DNA of 64,000 bases from the NCBI GenBank assembly GCA_947589325.1, contig CANQAM010000001.1:95834-159833 (forward strand). The letters run 5' to 3'. Shown here piece by piece: positions 19,547 to 29,003 of this stretch. Made by a program: the position numbers and the translations under genes. The notes beneath the pieces were generated by a model, which saw only the letters and a program-made list of their open reading frames with translations, had not been told where the DNA came from and ran no database searches. Source of the DNA: an uncultured Bacteroidales bacterium (GTDB taxonomy: Bacteria; Bacteroidota; Bacteroidia; Bacteroidales; UBA11471). Each line of letters starts with the position of its first letter. Position 1 is the first letter of the stretch.

Positions 19547-20485
19547 ATGATTCAGAGACCGCCGTTCAAAGTTTTTGCAGGAACGAACACCCGTTATCTC
19601 GCCGAAAAAATCTGCAACTCGCTGGGTTGCGAATTGGGAAAAATGAATATCCAACATTTTGCCGATGGAGAATTTTCGGTATCGTTTGAGGAGTCGATAC
19701 GGGGCTGTCAGGTATTTTTGATACAATCGACGTTTCCCAATTCCGACAATTTGATGGAATTGCTGCTGATGATCGATGCCGCCAAACGTGCTTCGGCAGA
19801 GTCGATAATTGCCGTAACGCCCTATTTCGGCTGGGCACGCCAAGACCGCAAAGACAAACCGCGCGTCTCCATCGCCGCCAAACTCATTGCCGACCTGCTC
19901 GGTGTTGCCGGCATCAACCGCCTTATCACGATGGACTTGCATGCCGACCAGATACAGGGATTTTTCAATATTCCCGTCGATCACCTCTACGCATCGGCAG
20001 TATTCTGTCCCTATATCAAATCGCTGCAACTGAAAGATATGGTTATCGCATCGCCCGACGTCGGCGGTTCCAAGCGCGCCAACTCTTATGCCAAATATTT
20101 CGGTGTGCCTTTGGTGCTTTGCCACAAGTCGCGGGCAAAAGCCAACGAAGTCGAGAGCATGACCGTCATCGGCGACGTACAGGGCAAAAACGTGATACTC
20201 GTCGATGATATGGTCGATACCGCCGGAACGATAACGAAAGCCGCCGACCTGATGATGAGCAAAGGCGCCCTTTCGGTGCGCGCCATTGCCAGCCATGCCG
20301 TGATGTCCGACCCCGCCACTTCGCGCGTTACCGACTCGAAGATGACGGAAATGATTTTCACCGACAGCATACCTTATTATAAAGAGTGCCCGAAAGTACA
20401 CATCATCAGCATTGCCGATATGTTTGCCGATACCATACGCCGCGTATATGAAAACGAATCCATCAGTTCGCAGTACGTGATTTGA
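19547..20485 (+). CDS. prs: Ribose-phosphate pyrophosphokinase
   Basis: FADGE, PYFGWARQDRK, DLHADQIQGFF, VDDMVDTAGT. Confidence 0.97.
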   Translation: MIQRPPFKVFAGTNTRYLAEKICNSLGCELGKMNIQHFADGEFSVSFEESIRGCQVFLIQSTFPNSDNLMELLLMIDAAKRASAESIIAVTPYFGWARQDRKDKPRVSIAAKLIADLLGVAGINRLITMDLHADQIQGFFNIPVDHLYASAVFCPYIKSLQLKDMVIASPDVGGSKRANSYAKYFGVPLVLCHKSRAKANEVESMTVIGDVQGKNVILVDDMVDTAGTITKAADLMMSKGALSVRAIASHAVMSDPATSRVTDSKMTEMIFTDSIPYYKECPKVHIISIADMFADTIRRVYENESISSQYVI

Positions 20486-20507
20486 TGCAGCGGATAAACC
20501 TTTTACG

Positions 20508-20547
20508 ACAGCCTCGTTCCCGATTTTCGGAATGAGGCTGTTTTTTT
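20508..20547 (+). terminator. Intrinsic terminator after prs
   Basis: acagcctc...gaggctgt stem followed by a T-tract. Confidence 0.8.
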
Positions 20548-20589
20548 ATCGAAAGAATTATTATCTTTGTGAAAAATCTTTCGGGTGAC

Positions 20590-21045
20590 ATGAAACATAT
20601 TTTATTGTTCGGACTCCTCTTTTCCGCCGCATCGCTCTTTGCCCAAAACACGACGGGTGCGCCGGTGGGACAGCGTGCGGGACAGCAAAATGAAAATGTC
20701 CCCTTTTATCAGGCGATAGAAATGTTGGGTTTTGAAAAAATCCTCTCCTCGAAAACCGAATCGCTGATGATAAAAAACAACACCCCCGAACTCGTAACCC
20801 GCGTGCACCTGCGGCTTGCCTACAAAACCCCGCAAAACGAAATGCTCGACTACCGAGACGTGGTGCTCGACGGCGAGATACTTCCGGGCATGACAAAGAA
20901 ATTCTCGTTCGACAGTTTCGACGCCAACCGGCAATATTACTATTACACCACGCCGCCGACGGGAAAAGCCATCGAGTCGGCATATCCGTTCAAAGTAACC
21001 GCCACGCTGCTGCGCTACGACATCGCCGTCGTTCCTGCACGATAA
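20590..21045 (+). CDS. Hypothetical exported protein
   Basis: Signal peptide MKHILLFGLLFSAASLFAQ; -7 box TATCTTTG upstream; no family recognised. Confidence 0.75.
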   Translation: MKHILLFGLLFSAASLFAQNTTGAPVGQRAGQQNENVPFYQAIEMLGFEKILSSKTESLMIKNNTPELVTRVHLRLAYKTPQNEMLDYRDVVLDGEILPGMTKKFSFDSFDANRQYYYYTTPPTGKAIESAYPFKVTATLLRYDIAVVPAR

Positions 21046-21174
21046 ACGTTTTTAACAGCTTTTAGCCGGCGGCGCGGAAACAATCTTTTCGCCCCTGTGT
21101 TTTATCTGTGTCGGACAATGGCCGTCCGGCGATATCACTCAATTGTTTCACTTATTTTTTCAGGAGGAAAAGAC

Positions 21175-21591
21175 ATGACACCTGCAAAACAAACCCAAAG
21201 TTGGCTGCCCGGAATTTTCAACGACTTTTTCGGTGACGAATGGATTACCAAAAGCCGTTCCACCGTACCCGCCGTCAATATCATGGAAGACGAAAAATGT
21301 TATACCGTAGAGTTGGCGGTGCCGGGCTTGTGCAAAGATGAAATCAGCATACGCATCGACGACGACAACCATCTGACCATTACGGTCGATAGCGTGAAGG
21401 AAGAAGAAAAGAGAGGCAAATACCTGCGCCGCGAATTTTCGCGTTCGCAATTCACGCAGACTCTCGTGCTGCCCGACAACATCGACGACACCCGTATCGA
21501 AGCGCGTCAGGAAAACGGTCTGCTGACCATCGAGATTCCCAAGAAAAAAACGTCGGAAAACACCGAGCCGAAGAAAATCGACATCAAATAG
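21175..21591 (+). CDS. Hsp20 / alpha-crystallin small heat-shock protein
   Basis: PAVNI.E, ELAVPG, YLRREF, LPDN, A..ENGLLTI.IPK. Confidence 0.94.
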   Translation: MTPAKQTQSWLPGIFNDFFGDEWITKSRSTVPAVNIMEDEKCYTVELAVPGLCKDEISIRIDDDNHLTITVDSVKEEEKRGKYLRREFSRSQFTQTLVLPDNIDDTRIEARQENGLLTIEIPKKKTSENTEPKKIDIK

Positions 21592-21642
21592 AGCCCTCTT
21601 GCAGAAAAACAAATGCGCCGGAACAGCTCCGGCGCATTTCAT

Positions 21643-22836
21643 TTATATCTTCATGCTTCGCCATGTTTTGTTGTCCTCGCGCCGCCGCCATGCCGACAGG
21701 CGGAAACAGCCGTTCACAAGCGGGCGCACCAACTCGAACAGCAATACCCGCAGCCCCATTTGCGGCGTATCGAACGCCTGCAAAAGTTTACGGAAAACGA
21801 TACCTTGCAACACACCCCGCAATACCAACAGCAGCAAGCCCCACAGTATGACCGTCGGATAATGTATGCCGCTTGCCATTAAGGCGGCGACGGCTCCGTA
21901 AAACAGATATACGGCAGCCTGTTCTCCCGCGAAAAGAGCTTGCTTGCGGTGGTGCAGATAAGGCAGCGTAAAGAAATAGCGCATCTTTTGAATCCTCCAA
22001 AGCGTGTCGAAATCGTCACTCTCCACCGTTACGAAGCTGTCAGGCGAAATTTCCACGCGGGTATTTTCGCCCGTTGCCACCTCGTTGATGAACAAATCGT
22101 CGTCGCCATAACAGAGATTTAGAGTTCGGCTGAACCCTTTGTGCTCGAAAAACAACGATTTCCGGTAAGCCAGATTCGTACCTTCGCCCATATAAGGGCA
22201 GCCGCACACGGCACAAGAGAGGTAGCGCAACGAAAAGAGCAATCGGTCGAAAGCTTTGTAGAGGCAGGCGAAACCGGTGGGAACGTCGGTGCGGGAGTAG
22301 CCCAGCACGATGTCGGCACCTTCGGCAAAATGCCGCATCATGTTCCGCAGCCAAAGCGGCGATGCCGGTCGGCACGTAGCGTCGAGCAGCAGCAGACAAT
22401 CGTTTTTCGCCGCTTTTATACCCAGCGTCAAAGCCAGTTTCCGTCGGCTCAACGCGCAGGCGTCGGCAGGAACTTTGGTCGAATACAAGTGCGGATAGCG
22501 GCTTGCAAGCCCTTGTAAAACCTCCGGCGTGTCGTCGGTCGAAGCGTCATCGACCACGATGACCTCGAAGTCGGGATACTCTTGCCCGAACAGTTCGGGA
22601 ATATTCCGCCGCAGCGATTCGGCATTGTCGTTGGCATAGACGATAACCGAAGCCGGCGGCAGAGTATCTTTGTCTGCCGGCTCCTTGTTTTCTGCCTGTT
22701 TGCGGTAGCGAATCGTACGCAGATAATAAAATTTGTCGATATAGAATTGCCACAGCAGTAACACGATGGCGATGCTTCCATAAATGATTGTTTGCAAGGA
22801 GAGAGGCGATGAAAAAGAGAGGAAAAACGGCTCCAT
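21643..22836 (-). CDS. Membrane glycosyltransferase family 2
   Basis: VIVVDDASTD, RKLALTLG, GTNLAYRK, GDDDLF; N- and C-terminal TM helices. Confidence 0.9.
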   Translation of the reverse strand: MEPFFLSFSSPLSLQTIIYGSIAIVLLLWQFYIDKFYYLRTIRYRKQAENKEPADKDTLPPASVIVYANDNAESLRRNIPELFGQEYPDFEVIVVDDASTDDTPEVLQGLASRYPHLYSTKVPADACALSRRKLALTLGIKAAKNDCLLLLDATCRPASPLWLRNMMRHFAEGADIVLGYSRTDVPTGFACLYKAFDRLLFSLRYLSCAVCGCPYMGEGTNLAYRKSLFFEHKGFSRTLNLCYGDDDLFINEVATGENTRVEISPDSFVTVESDDFDTLWRIQKMRYFFTLPYLHHRKQALFAGEQAAVYLFYGAVAALMASGIHYPTVILWGLLLLVLRGVLQGIVFRKLLQAFDTPQMGLRVLLFELVRPLVNGCFRLSAWRRREDNKTWRSMKI

Positions 22837-23041
22837 GATGATTGCATTAATTTCCCACAAAAGTAAAAAAATAGTGCGAAAAATGTACAATTTATCATGG
22901 ACGAATTTTTCCCTCGTTTCATCATTTGAAAAACGGTAGGATTTATATAATAAAAGACGGCTTCTTCCGTTAAAAAACAAACGGACACGTTGTATCTTAT
23001 GGAAAAAGATTATCTTTGCACCCAAATTAAGTGAAAAATCC

Positions 23042-23839
23042 ATGAAAAAAATTTTACTTGTTTTATCTCTTTTTTCGGTTTTTATATTGGATTCCTGCAA
23101 GTCATATAAGGAAATTGCTTATATACAGAATGTAACTCCGGACAGTATCATCAAAATGTCCGAGAATATACCTGCGACCATAACCAGCAACGATGCGTTG
23201 TTCATTACGGTTTCATCGACCAACCCGGCTGCCGTGGTAGCGTATAATCCTTCGATATACATTCAGCCCACCACAGAAGAAACGACCAATCAGCCGACGC
23301 CCCAAATGCCGACCTATAAGGTCAGTGCCGAAGGATATATCAATTTTCCGGGAATCGGGAAACTCAAAGTTGCCGGACTGACGACTTCGGAAGTCGAAGC
23401 GATGATAAGCGCGGAAATCGAGCAGAATGTTTCCGACGCCATTGTCAAAGTGGAAATAGAGGGAAATAAGGTTACCGTTCTTGGCGAAGTCGTAAGTCCG
23501 GGAGTATTCGCTATTTCAAAAGAGCGCCTTACCATACTCGAAGCCTTGAGTATGGCAAAAGATATGACTATTTACGGACGTCGTGACAATGTCCTTGTCG
23601 TTCGTGAAACAGAAAATGGCGAAGCGACCTTTTACCGGCTGGATCTTACCAAATCCGATATATTTACGTCACCGGCATTCTATCTGAAAAAAAATGATGT
23701 TGTATATATAGAGCCGAACAAATCCAGAAAATCCAATTCTTCCTACAACAGCAGCAAGCAATTCAATATCTCTGTTACTTCGACCGTTATCAGCGGCATA
23801 TCTGTAATAGCGACCTTGATTTTGGCAATACTTAAATAA
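23042..23839 (+). CDS. wza: Polysaccharide export outer-membrane lipoprotein (Wza/OPX)
   Basis: Lipobox LDSC, G.INFP..G.LKVAGLT, VLGEV..PG, DVVYIEPN. Confidence 0.92.
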   Translation: MKKILLVLSLFSVFILDSCKSYKEIAYIQNVTPDSIIKMSENIPATITSNDALFITVSSTNPAAVVAYNPSIYIQPTTEETTNQPTPQMPTYKVSAEGYINFPGIGKLKVAGLTTSEVEAMISAEIEQNVSDAIVKVEIEGNKVTVLGEVVSPGVFAISKERLTILEALSMAKDMTIYGRRDNVLVVRETENGEATFYRLDLTKSDIFTSPAFYLKKNDVVYIEPNKSRKSNSSYNSSKQFNISVTSTVISGISVIATLILAILK

Positions 23840-23869
23840 GAGACATTAAAAATTAAATATCTTCCAGAT

Positions 23870-26206
23870 ATGGAAAATTTCAATAAAAGCAGCGAGTTGA
23901 TAGATTTTTCAGGAATCATAAAAAAATATTTAAGTCATTGGCTTTTGATTGTAATTTCCGTCATTGTTTGCGGAGTTTTGGCATTCGCTTATGCCAAAAT
24001 CAAAAAAGAGGTTTATTTGATTCAGTCCGACCTGTTGCTCGCCGAAGAGAATAACAGCAGCGGTGGCAGCTCCCAATCTGCGTTGTTGAAACAATTTTCG
24101 TTTGGAAACATTATGGGCAGCGGTGGAAATGTCGAAAACGAGGTCAATCTTGTGTCGGCACATTCCACATTGCGCGCTGTTATAAAAAAACTCGGATTAA
24201 ACAGAAAATACATACTGCGGCACAGTTTTTTCGATAAAGAAGATTTATATAAAGATTATCCGATAGAACTCTATGCACATCCGTCGATAGAAGATACTTT
24301 AAGTATTTCCCTGTTGTTCAAAATTCGTGTCGATGAAGACGGGCATGTGGTTACGACCGTGCGAGGCGACAGAAAAGTTTTAGCCAAAGTCAAAAGCGAC
24401 GGTTTCCCGCAATCGGTACCGACTGCGTATGGAAACTTTGTTTTCAATACAACTTCGACGTATGTGCCGGGCAAAAAATTCGGAATGAATATTTCGATAT
24501 GCAATTATGATGTCAAAACCGAAGACATCGATGAGCATATTCGTATTTCGATACCGAATAAAAAAGCCGATTTGATACACCTCGAAATCGAAGAAACCAA
24601 TATCGAAAGAGGATACGACTTGCTCAATATGATTATGGATAAATATAATGAGCGGGGTATCGAACACAAAAATCAGGAAGCCGAACAGAAAGCGGCTTTC
24701 ATCGACGAACGTATAGGTTTGGTTTTGCAGGAATTGTCGGAAACGGAAAAACAGATAGAAGCCTACAAAAAGAAAAACCGGCTCACCGATATAGAGGTCG
24801 AGGTGAAAGTTATGGTGGAGCAGGATGCCCGGTTGCGGGAAAAACTTCTCGAAATAGAAACGCAGATGCAAACGGTGGAATCCATAAGAGATTTTCTAAG
24901 TCAATCCGAGAATGCGTATGAAATGCTGCCATTCATTGCAAGTATTGACGACGGTGCTTCTGCAACGGCGATAGAACAATACAACGAATTGGTCCTCGAA
25001 CGAATGGCTGTTGCAGCCTCCGCCAAAGGAAACAACCCGTCATTACAGGTTCTCAACACACAAATAGAGGCGAGCCGGAAAAATGTTTTGGAAACATTGT
25101 ACAGCTTCATAGAAAGTTTGACCATAGCACGAGAGGTGCTTCGGGAGCAAGAAGACGAATTTCTTGCCCGAATCAAAAATATGCCTACACAGGAACGGGA
25201 GTTTGTCGAGATGGAGCGCCAGCAGCTTGTCAAACAGGAACTTTACCTCTTCTTGCTGCAACAGCGCGAGGAAACTGCGCTTACCCTTTCGATGTCCACC
25301 CCGAAAGGCATGATAGTCGATGAAGCCTATAAACTCTCCGAGCCCGTCAGTACGCCTAAACCGATGATTCTTCTTGTCGGATTGCTAATCGGATTTATAC
25401 TTCCTTTCATATACCTCTATCTGAAAGATTTGTTGCGTACCAAGTTCTCGACCCGTGCCGAGTTGGAGGCTTTGACCGCTATACCCGTACTGGGCGAGAT
25501 ATGTATGGATAGAAATAAGGAACATATCGTAATCAGCGAAGGGGCAAGTACTTCCATTGCCGAACTGTTCCGATTGGTTCGCAATAATATACAGTTTATC
25601 CTCAACAACAAAGACGAAAAAGTGATACTGGTAACATCGAGTATTTCGGGTGAGGGAAAATCCTTTATTTGCAGCAACCTTGCCATATCGCTGGCTTTGC
25701 TGGGGAAACGGGTTTTGTTGGTCGGAATGGATATTCGCAATCCCCAGTTGGCAAATTATTTGGGCTTGCATAATCCCAAAGGTCTTACCAATTATCTTGC
25801 CGATGCACAAACGGATATTCATGATGTAATCATACCCAATGCCATACAGGAAAATCTCGATATCATATTGGCGGGTCCCGTGCCTCCGAATCCTGCGGAA
25901 TTGCTGCTGAGCGAACGGGTCGATGAATTATTTGCCGCCATGCGCAAAGAATACGATTATATCGTCGTCGATTCCGCTCCTGTAAGTATGGTTTCCGATA
26001 CATTCTGCCTGCGTCGTATTTCCGATGCTACCGTCTATGTATGCCGTGCCAATTATACGACCAAAGAGTTCATTCGCTATGCCAACCGCATCGTAAGCGA
26101 GAAACGCTTGAACAAAGTATCTTTCGTATTGAACGGCACAACAGCCAAGCAGGGCTACGGTTACGGCTACGGAAATACAGCGAAGAAGAAAAAGAAGAAA
26201 AAATAA
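23870..26206 (+). CDS. wzc: Polysaccharide co-polymerase / BY tyrosine kinase (Wzc)
   Basis: Two TM helices around a periplasmic coiled coil; GEGKS, DIRNP, VVDSAP; C-terminal YGYGYG cluster. Confidence 0.95.
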   Translation: MENFNKSSELIDFSGIIKKYLSHWLLIVISVIVCGVLAFAYAKIKKEVYLIQSDLLLAEENNSSGGSSQSALLKQFSFGNIMGSGGNVENEVNLVSAHSTLRAVIKKLGLNRKYILRHSFFDKEDLYKDYPIELYAHPSIEDTLSISLLFKIRVDEDGHVVTTVRGDRKVLAKVKSDGFPQSVPTAYGNFVFNTTSTYVPGKKFGMNISICNYDVKTEDIDEHIRISIPNKKADLIHLEIEETNIERGYDLLNMIMDKYNERGIEHKNQEAEQKAAFIDERIGLVLQELSETEKQIEAYKKKNRLTDIEVEVKVMVEQDARLREKLLEIETQMQTVESIRDFLSQSENAYEMLPFIASIDDGASATAIEQYNELVLERMAVAASAKGNNPSLQVLNTQIEASRKNVLETLYSFIESLTIAREVLREQEDEFLARIKNMPTQEREFVEMERQQLVKQELYLFLLQQREETALTLSMSTPKGMIVDEAYKLSEPVSTPKPMILLVGLLIGFILPFIYLYLKDLLRTKFSTRAELEALTAIPVLGEICMDRNKEHIVISEGASTSIAELFRLVRNNIQFILNNKDEKVILVTSSISGEGKSFICSNLAISLALLGKRVLLVGMDIRNPQLANYLGLHNPKGLTNYLADAQTDIHDVIIPNAIQENLDIILAGPVPPNPAELLLSERVDELFAAMRKEYDYIVVDSAPVSMVSDTFCLRRISDATVYVCRANYTTKEFIRYANRIVSEKRLNKVSFVLNGTTAKQGYGYGYGNTAKKKKKKK

Positions 26207-26257
26207 TTCGCAAATAGACTGATATAAGATTCGTAGATATACCGCTTTGTTTGCAGA

Positions 26258-27703
26258 ATGCCGACGGAAGATATTTATACACCGGTCATTGCCAATCATA
26301 ATCAGGAAAAAGAGCCTCTGCAATTAGTCCCGCAAGAGATAGGCAGAGCCTTTTTATTCTTGATTACGCTCTCATTGGTGGGATTAACTTTCATTCCCGC
26401 GTATTTATTTTTGGCGTTGATATTGTTTTCCTCGTACATTCGCAACAAATACGATTTTCTCATACAATTCACCATCTTGTGCGGCTCTTACGGGTTCTAT
26501 CGGGAAAGTGTAGCTTTCCCGTTTAAGTGGATGGATATTGCGCTGGCGTTGTCCGCCATTACCATTCTGCTTTATCGGCGCAACAAGGAACAGAATAAGC
26601 TGTTGCTGTTTACGCTCGGCTACATGGGTGCTCTCTTTATTTTTGCACTGATGAGCGAAGAATCCATGAAAATACAAATCCGCCGTATGCGGGAATATTG
26701 GGGAATCATTTATTTCATGGTGCCCATGCTCGTATTTGTAAAAGAAGATTTCGATATTAAACTCTTTTTCCGCAAGTTCCTTACCTATGCATATATCATT
26801 GCGATTTTTTACATCATCGACAGTTTTGTTTTGGGTGGAAATATTTTAGTCCCTGCTACGTTGTCATGGAACGGCTTGCATTCGACCTATTATAGATTTT
26901 ATTGCCAGATAGGTTCTTTTCCCCGTAAATATCCGCCGGGATTGTTTTTATTGGCTCTTTGCATCTTTCCGGTAGTGAGATTCTACACGTTGCGAACAAA
27001 GCAAATCGTTATTTTTTCGTTGGCTTTGATTGCCTGTCGCACCATGTCTGTCATTGGGGGAATCATAATAACCATAATGTCTTTTACCGGCAATTTCAAG
27101 AAACTTTTGAAATATCTGTGCCTGTTTGCCGTACTGTTTGCTGCCGGCTATTATATCGACGGGAAACTTGACGGACAGTTGCGCATACAGCAGTTTGTCG
27201 ATCAGTTCACCTCGTTGCAGAATGCGAACGATGTCGAAAAGTTGGCGGAATTCGGATCAGGACGTATGGCGCAGATTATACCGAAACTCGAACTTCTGTT
27301 TTCAGAAAATCGTCAATACATTGGCTTAGGTTTTCTTCATGACCAAAAAACGACCATCGGCAAGTATATTATTACAAACGAGTTTTATAGCGATATATCA
27401 CAGAGTGAAGAACTGGCTACCGGAGTCGAAGTAACTCAGGTACAAACAATACTCGATATAGGTATTATAGGATTGCTATTGCAGACGTTTTATTTCCTTG
27501 CCGTTTATTTCTGGGTATTGCGACCGATGCCGTACAGCATTTCGTACCTGATGACATTTGTTGCGCTTTCACTGTTTGGCGTTGGCGGATTTGCCGGAAT
27601 TATCTCTCATTACGGATTGTTATTGCTCGGATTAAACGTCGGCGTCATACTTCTTGCCGACAAACAACGGGATAAAAATGAAGATTGTGAGCCGGATACC
27701 TAA
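26258..27703 (+). CDS. Polytopic membrane protein, candidate Wzy polymerase / O-antigen ligase-like
   Basis: About 11-12 hydrophobic segments with a large loop (GSGRMAQ...GLG), directly after wzc. Function inferred from topology and context. Confidence 0.6.
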   Translation: MPTEDIYTPVIANHNQEKEPLQLVPQEIGRAFLFLITLSLVGLTFIPAYLFLALILFSSYIRNKYDFLIQFTILCGSYGFYRESVAFPFKWMDIALALSAITILLYRRNKEQNKLLLFTLGYMGALFIFALMSEESMKIQIRRMREYWGIIYFMVPMLVFVKEDFDIKLFFRKFLTYAYIIAIFYIIDSFVLGGNILVPATLSWNGLHSTYYRFYCQIGSFPRKYPPGLFLLALCIFPVVRFYTLRTKQIVIFSLALIACRTMSVIGGIIITIMSFTGNFKKLLKYLCLFAVLFAAGYYIDGKLDGQLRIQQFVDQFTSLQNANDVEKLAEFGSGRMAQIIPKLELLFSENRQYIGLGFLHDQKTTIGKYIITNEFYSDISQSEELATGVEVTQVQTILDIGIIGLLLQTFYFLAVYFWVLRPMPYSISYLMTFVALSLFGVGGFAGIISHYGLLLLGLNVGVILLADKQRDKNEDCEPDT

Positions 27704-27790
27704 AACCGTTCATTACTGTTGTTCCGACAGAAAGCCTTTGTCGGAGTCGGCGTAGAAATGTGCTGTCACAGGTCGAGCCTGCTATCCGGC
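27678..27790 (+). pseudogene. N-terminal remnant of a GT32 (Gly_transf_sug/OCH1-like) glycosyltransferase
   Basis: MKIVSRIPKTVHYCCSDRKPLSESA*KC resembles the IPK.IHYCWFG.KPL....KCI family N-terminus; TAG at 27753, then runs into the 3' end of upxY. Confidence 0.7.
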
Positions 27791-27811
27791 AACGTTCTGT
27801 ATTTTGAGCTT

Positions 27812-28372
27812 TTATGACAATATTTCCACCAAATCGGGTGTCACCTCTATGGCTACTGCTATGGTGCCCGGAATTTCGACAATCAGGCGTTTGGCTCGCG
27901 CCCCTTTCACTTTTTTCAAAATGCCTTCGTATCCGTCTAATTGTCCGCCGATGAGGCGTACCCGCGTCCCGTTGCCGGCTGTCAGTTCGTCCGGCGTGAA
28001 GTAGAGCGGATTGGCCTCGCTTGCGACAGCCGCCAAAAAACAGTTCATCTGATCTTCGGGTACGATGAGAGGCTCCTTGTATTTGCCTCCTGTCTTGTAG
28101 CGGTACTGAAAATAGGCGTCGGCTTCGACAAATGGGTCTAACTTCGACTTGACGGTGTACACGAAAAACAAGTCGGGTATGACGGGAACATATTTTTTGA
28201 GGCGTCGCCCGTTTTTTGTCGAAACGACCCACTTTTTCGGGGTGAAAGTTTTAATGCCGGCTTTGTCTAAATTATCGGCGGTCTTTTCCCGAAAACCGTA
28301 TAAAAAGCGCATAACAAACCATTGCGGTGTGTTTTCCTTGTCGTTTTGTTTGGTTATGCAGTCGTCTTTCAC
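27812..28372 (-). CDS. upxY: UpxY-family (NusG-like) transcription antiterminator
   Basis: NGN domain WFVMR...F.P...PVIPDLFFV, VP..QM..F and KOW GTRVRLIGGQLDGYEG; -7 box TACCTTTG upstream. Start uncertain. Confidence 0.9.
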   Translation of the reverse strand: MKDDCITKQNDKENTPQWFVMRFLYGFREKTADNLDKAGIKTFTPKKWVVSTKNGRRLKKYVPVIPDLFFVYTVKSKLDPFVEADAYFQYRYKTGGKYKEPLIVPEDQMNCFLAAVASEANPLYFTPDELTAGNGTRVRLIGGQLDGYEGILKKVKGARAKRLIVEIPGTIAVAIEVTPDLVEILS

Positions 28373-28570
28373 GTCAAATCGTTTTTTTGAAAAAAGTGAT
28401 GTTTCGCTCTTCCTTTTCAGTATTGGGCAAAGGTACCATAAATCCTTTTATTATCAAAGAAACGATAACAAATAAAGCCATATCTTTTATAGGTCGTATT
28501 TCCATTATTCATTGAAAAATTTTTTCGGTTTCTGTTTTCCTATTATCTTTGCCCCAAACAAAGTAAACGA

Positions 28571-28996
28571 ATGGTCGGAAAATACAACATATTATGCGTT
28601 GCCCTTTTTGTTTGTATGGCGGTTTTCGGTTTTCTGGCTTGCAGCAGCGATACCGATGACGAATTGCGGGGGCGTTGGCAGTTCTCCTATTGCGAATATC
28701 CGGCAGGCGGTACCTTTGCTTGCGATTCGGCATTTTACAGTTTCGACAGAGGAGTATTTAAATTGCAGAAATTGATCCCCAACGGTCATGGCTCTTATCA
28801 GACTTACGGAAATTATGTGTTGGCGGGCGATTCTCTTATTCTTTCCATACCCCGCCTGCCTGTCGGGGCGGTGTTTTGTGTACCGCCTTTTGATTGGGGG
28901 CGCGACGGTAGCAAGCGTTTTCTTGTCGGAGAGGTTTCCCGCCGCCGGCTGATGCTCTCGTGCCGTGATACGGTTTATCATTTCAGAAAATTTTAA
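28571..28996 (+). CDS. Lipocalin-like lipoprotein
   Basis: Lipobox FLAC, L.G.WQ motif, G.Y...GDSL, ends YHFRKF. Confidence 0.75.
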   Translation: MVGKYNILCVALFVCMAVFGFLACSSDTDDELRGRWQFSYCEYPAGGTFACDSAFYSFDRGVFKLQKLIPNGHGSYQTYGNYVLAGDSLILSIPRLPVGAVFCVPPFDWGRDGSKRFLVGEVSRRRLMLSCRDTVYHFRKF

Positions 28997-29003
28997 TGCC
29001 GCC

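Noticed and set aside
21060-21175. CIRCE, sigma54 site or RNA thermometer upstream of hsp20
   Set aside because: No TTAGCACTC repeat, no convincing -24/-12 match and no hairpin over the start region that I can support.
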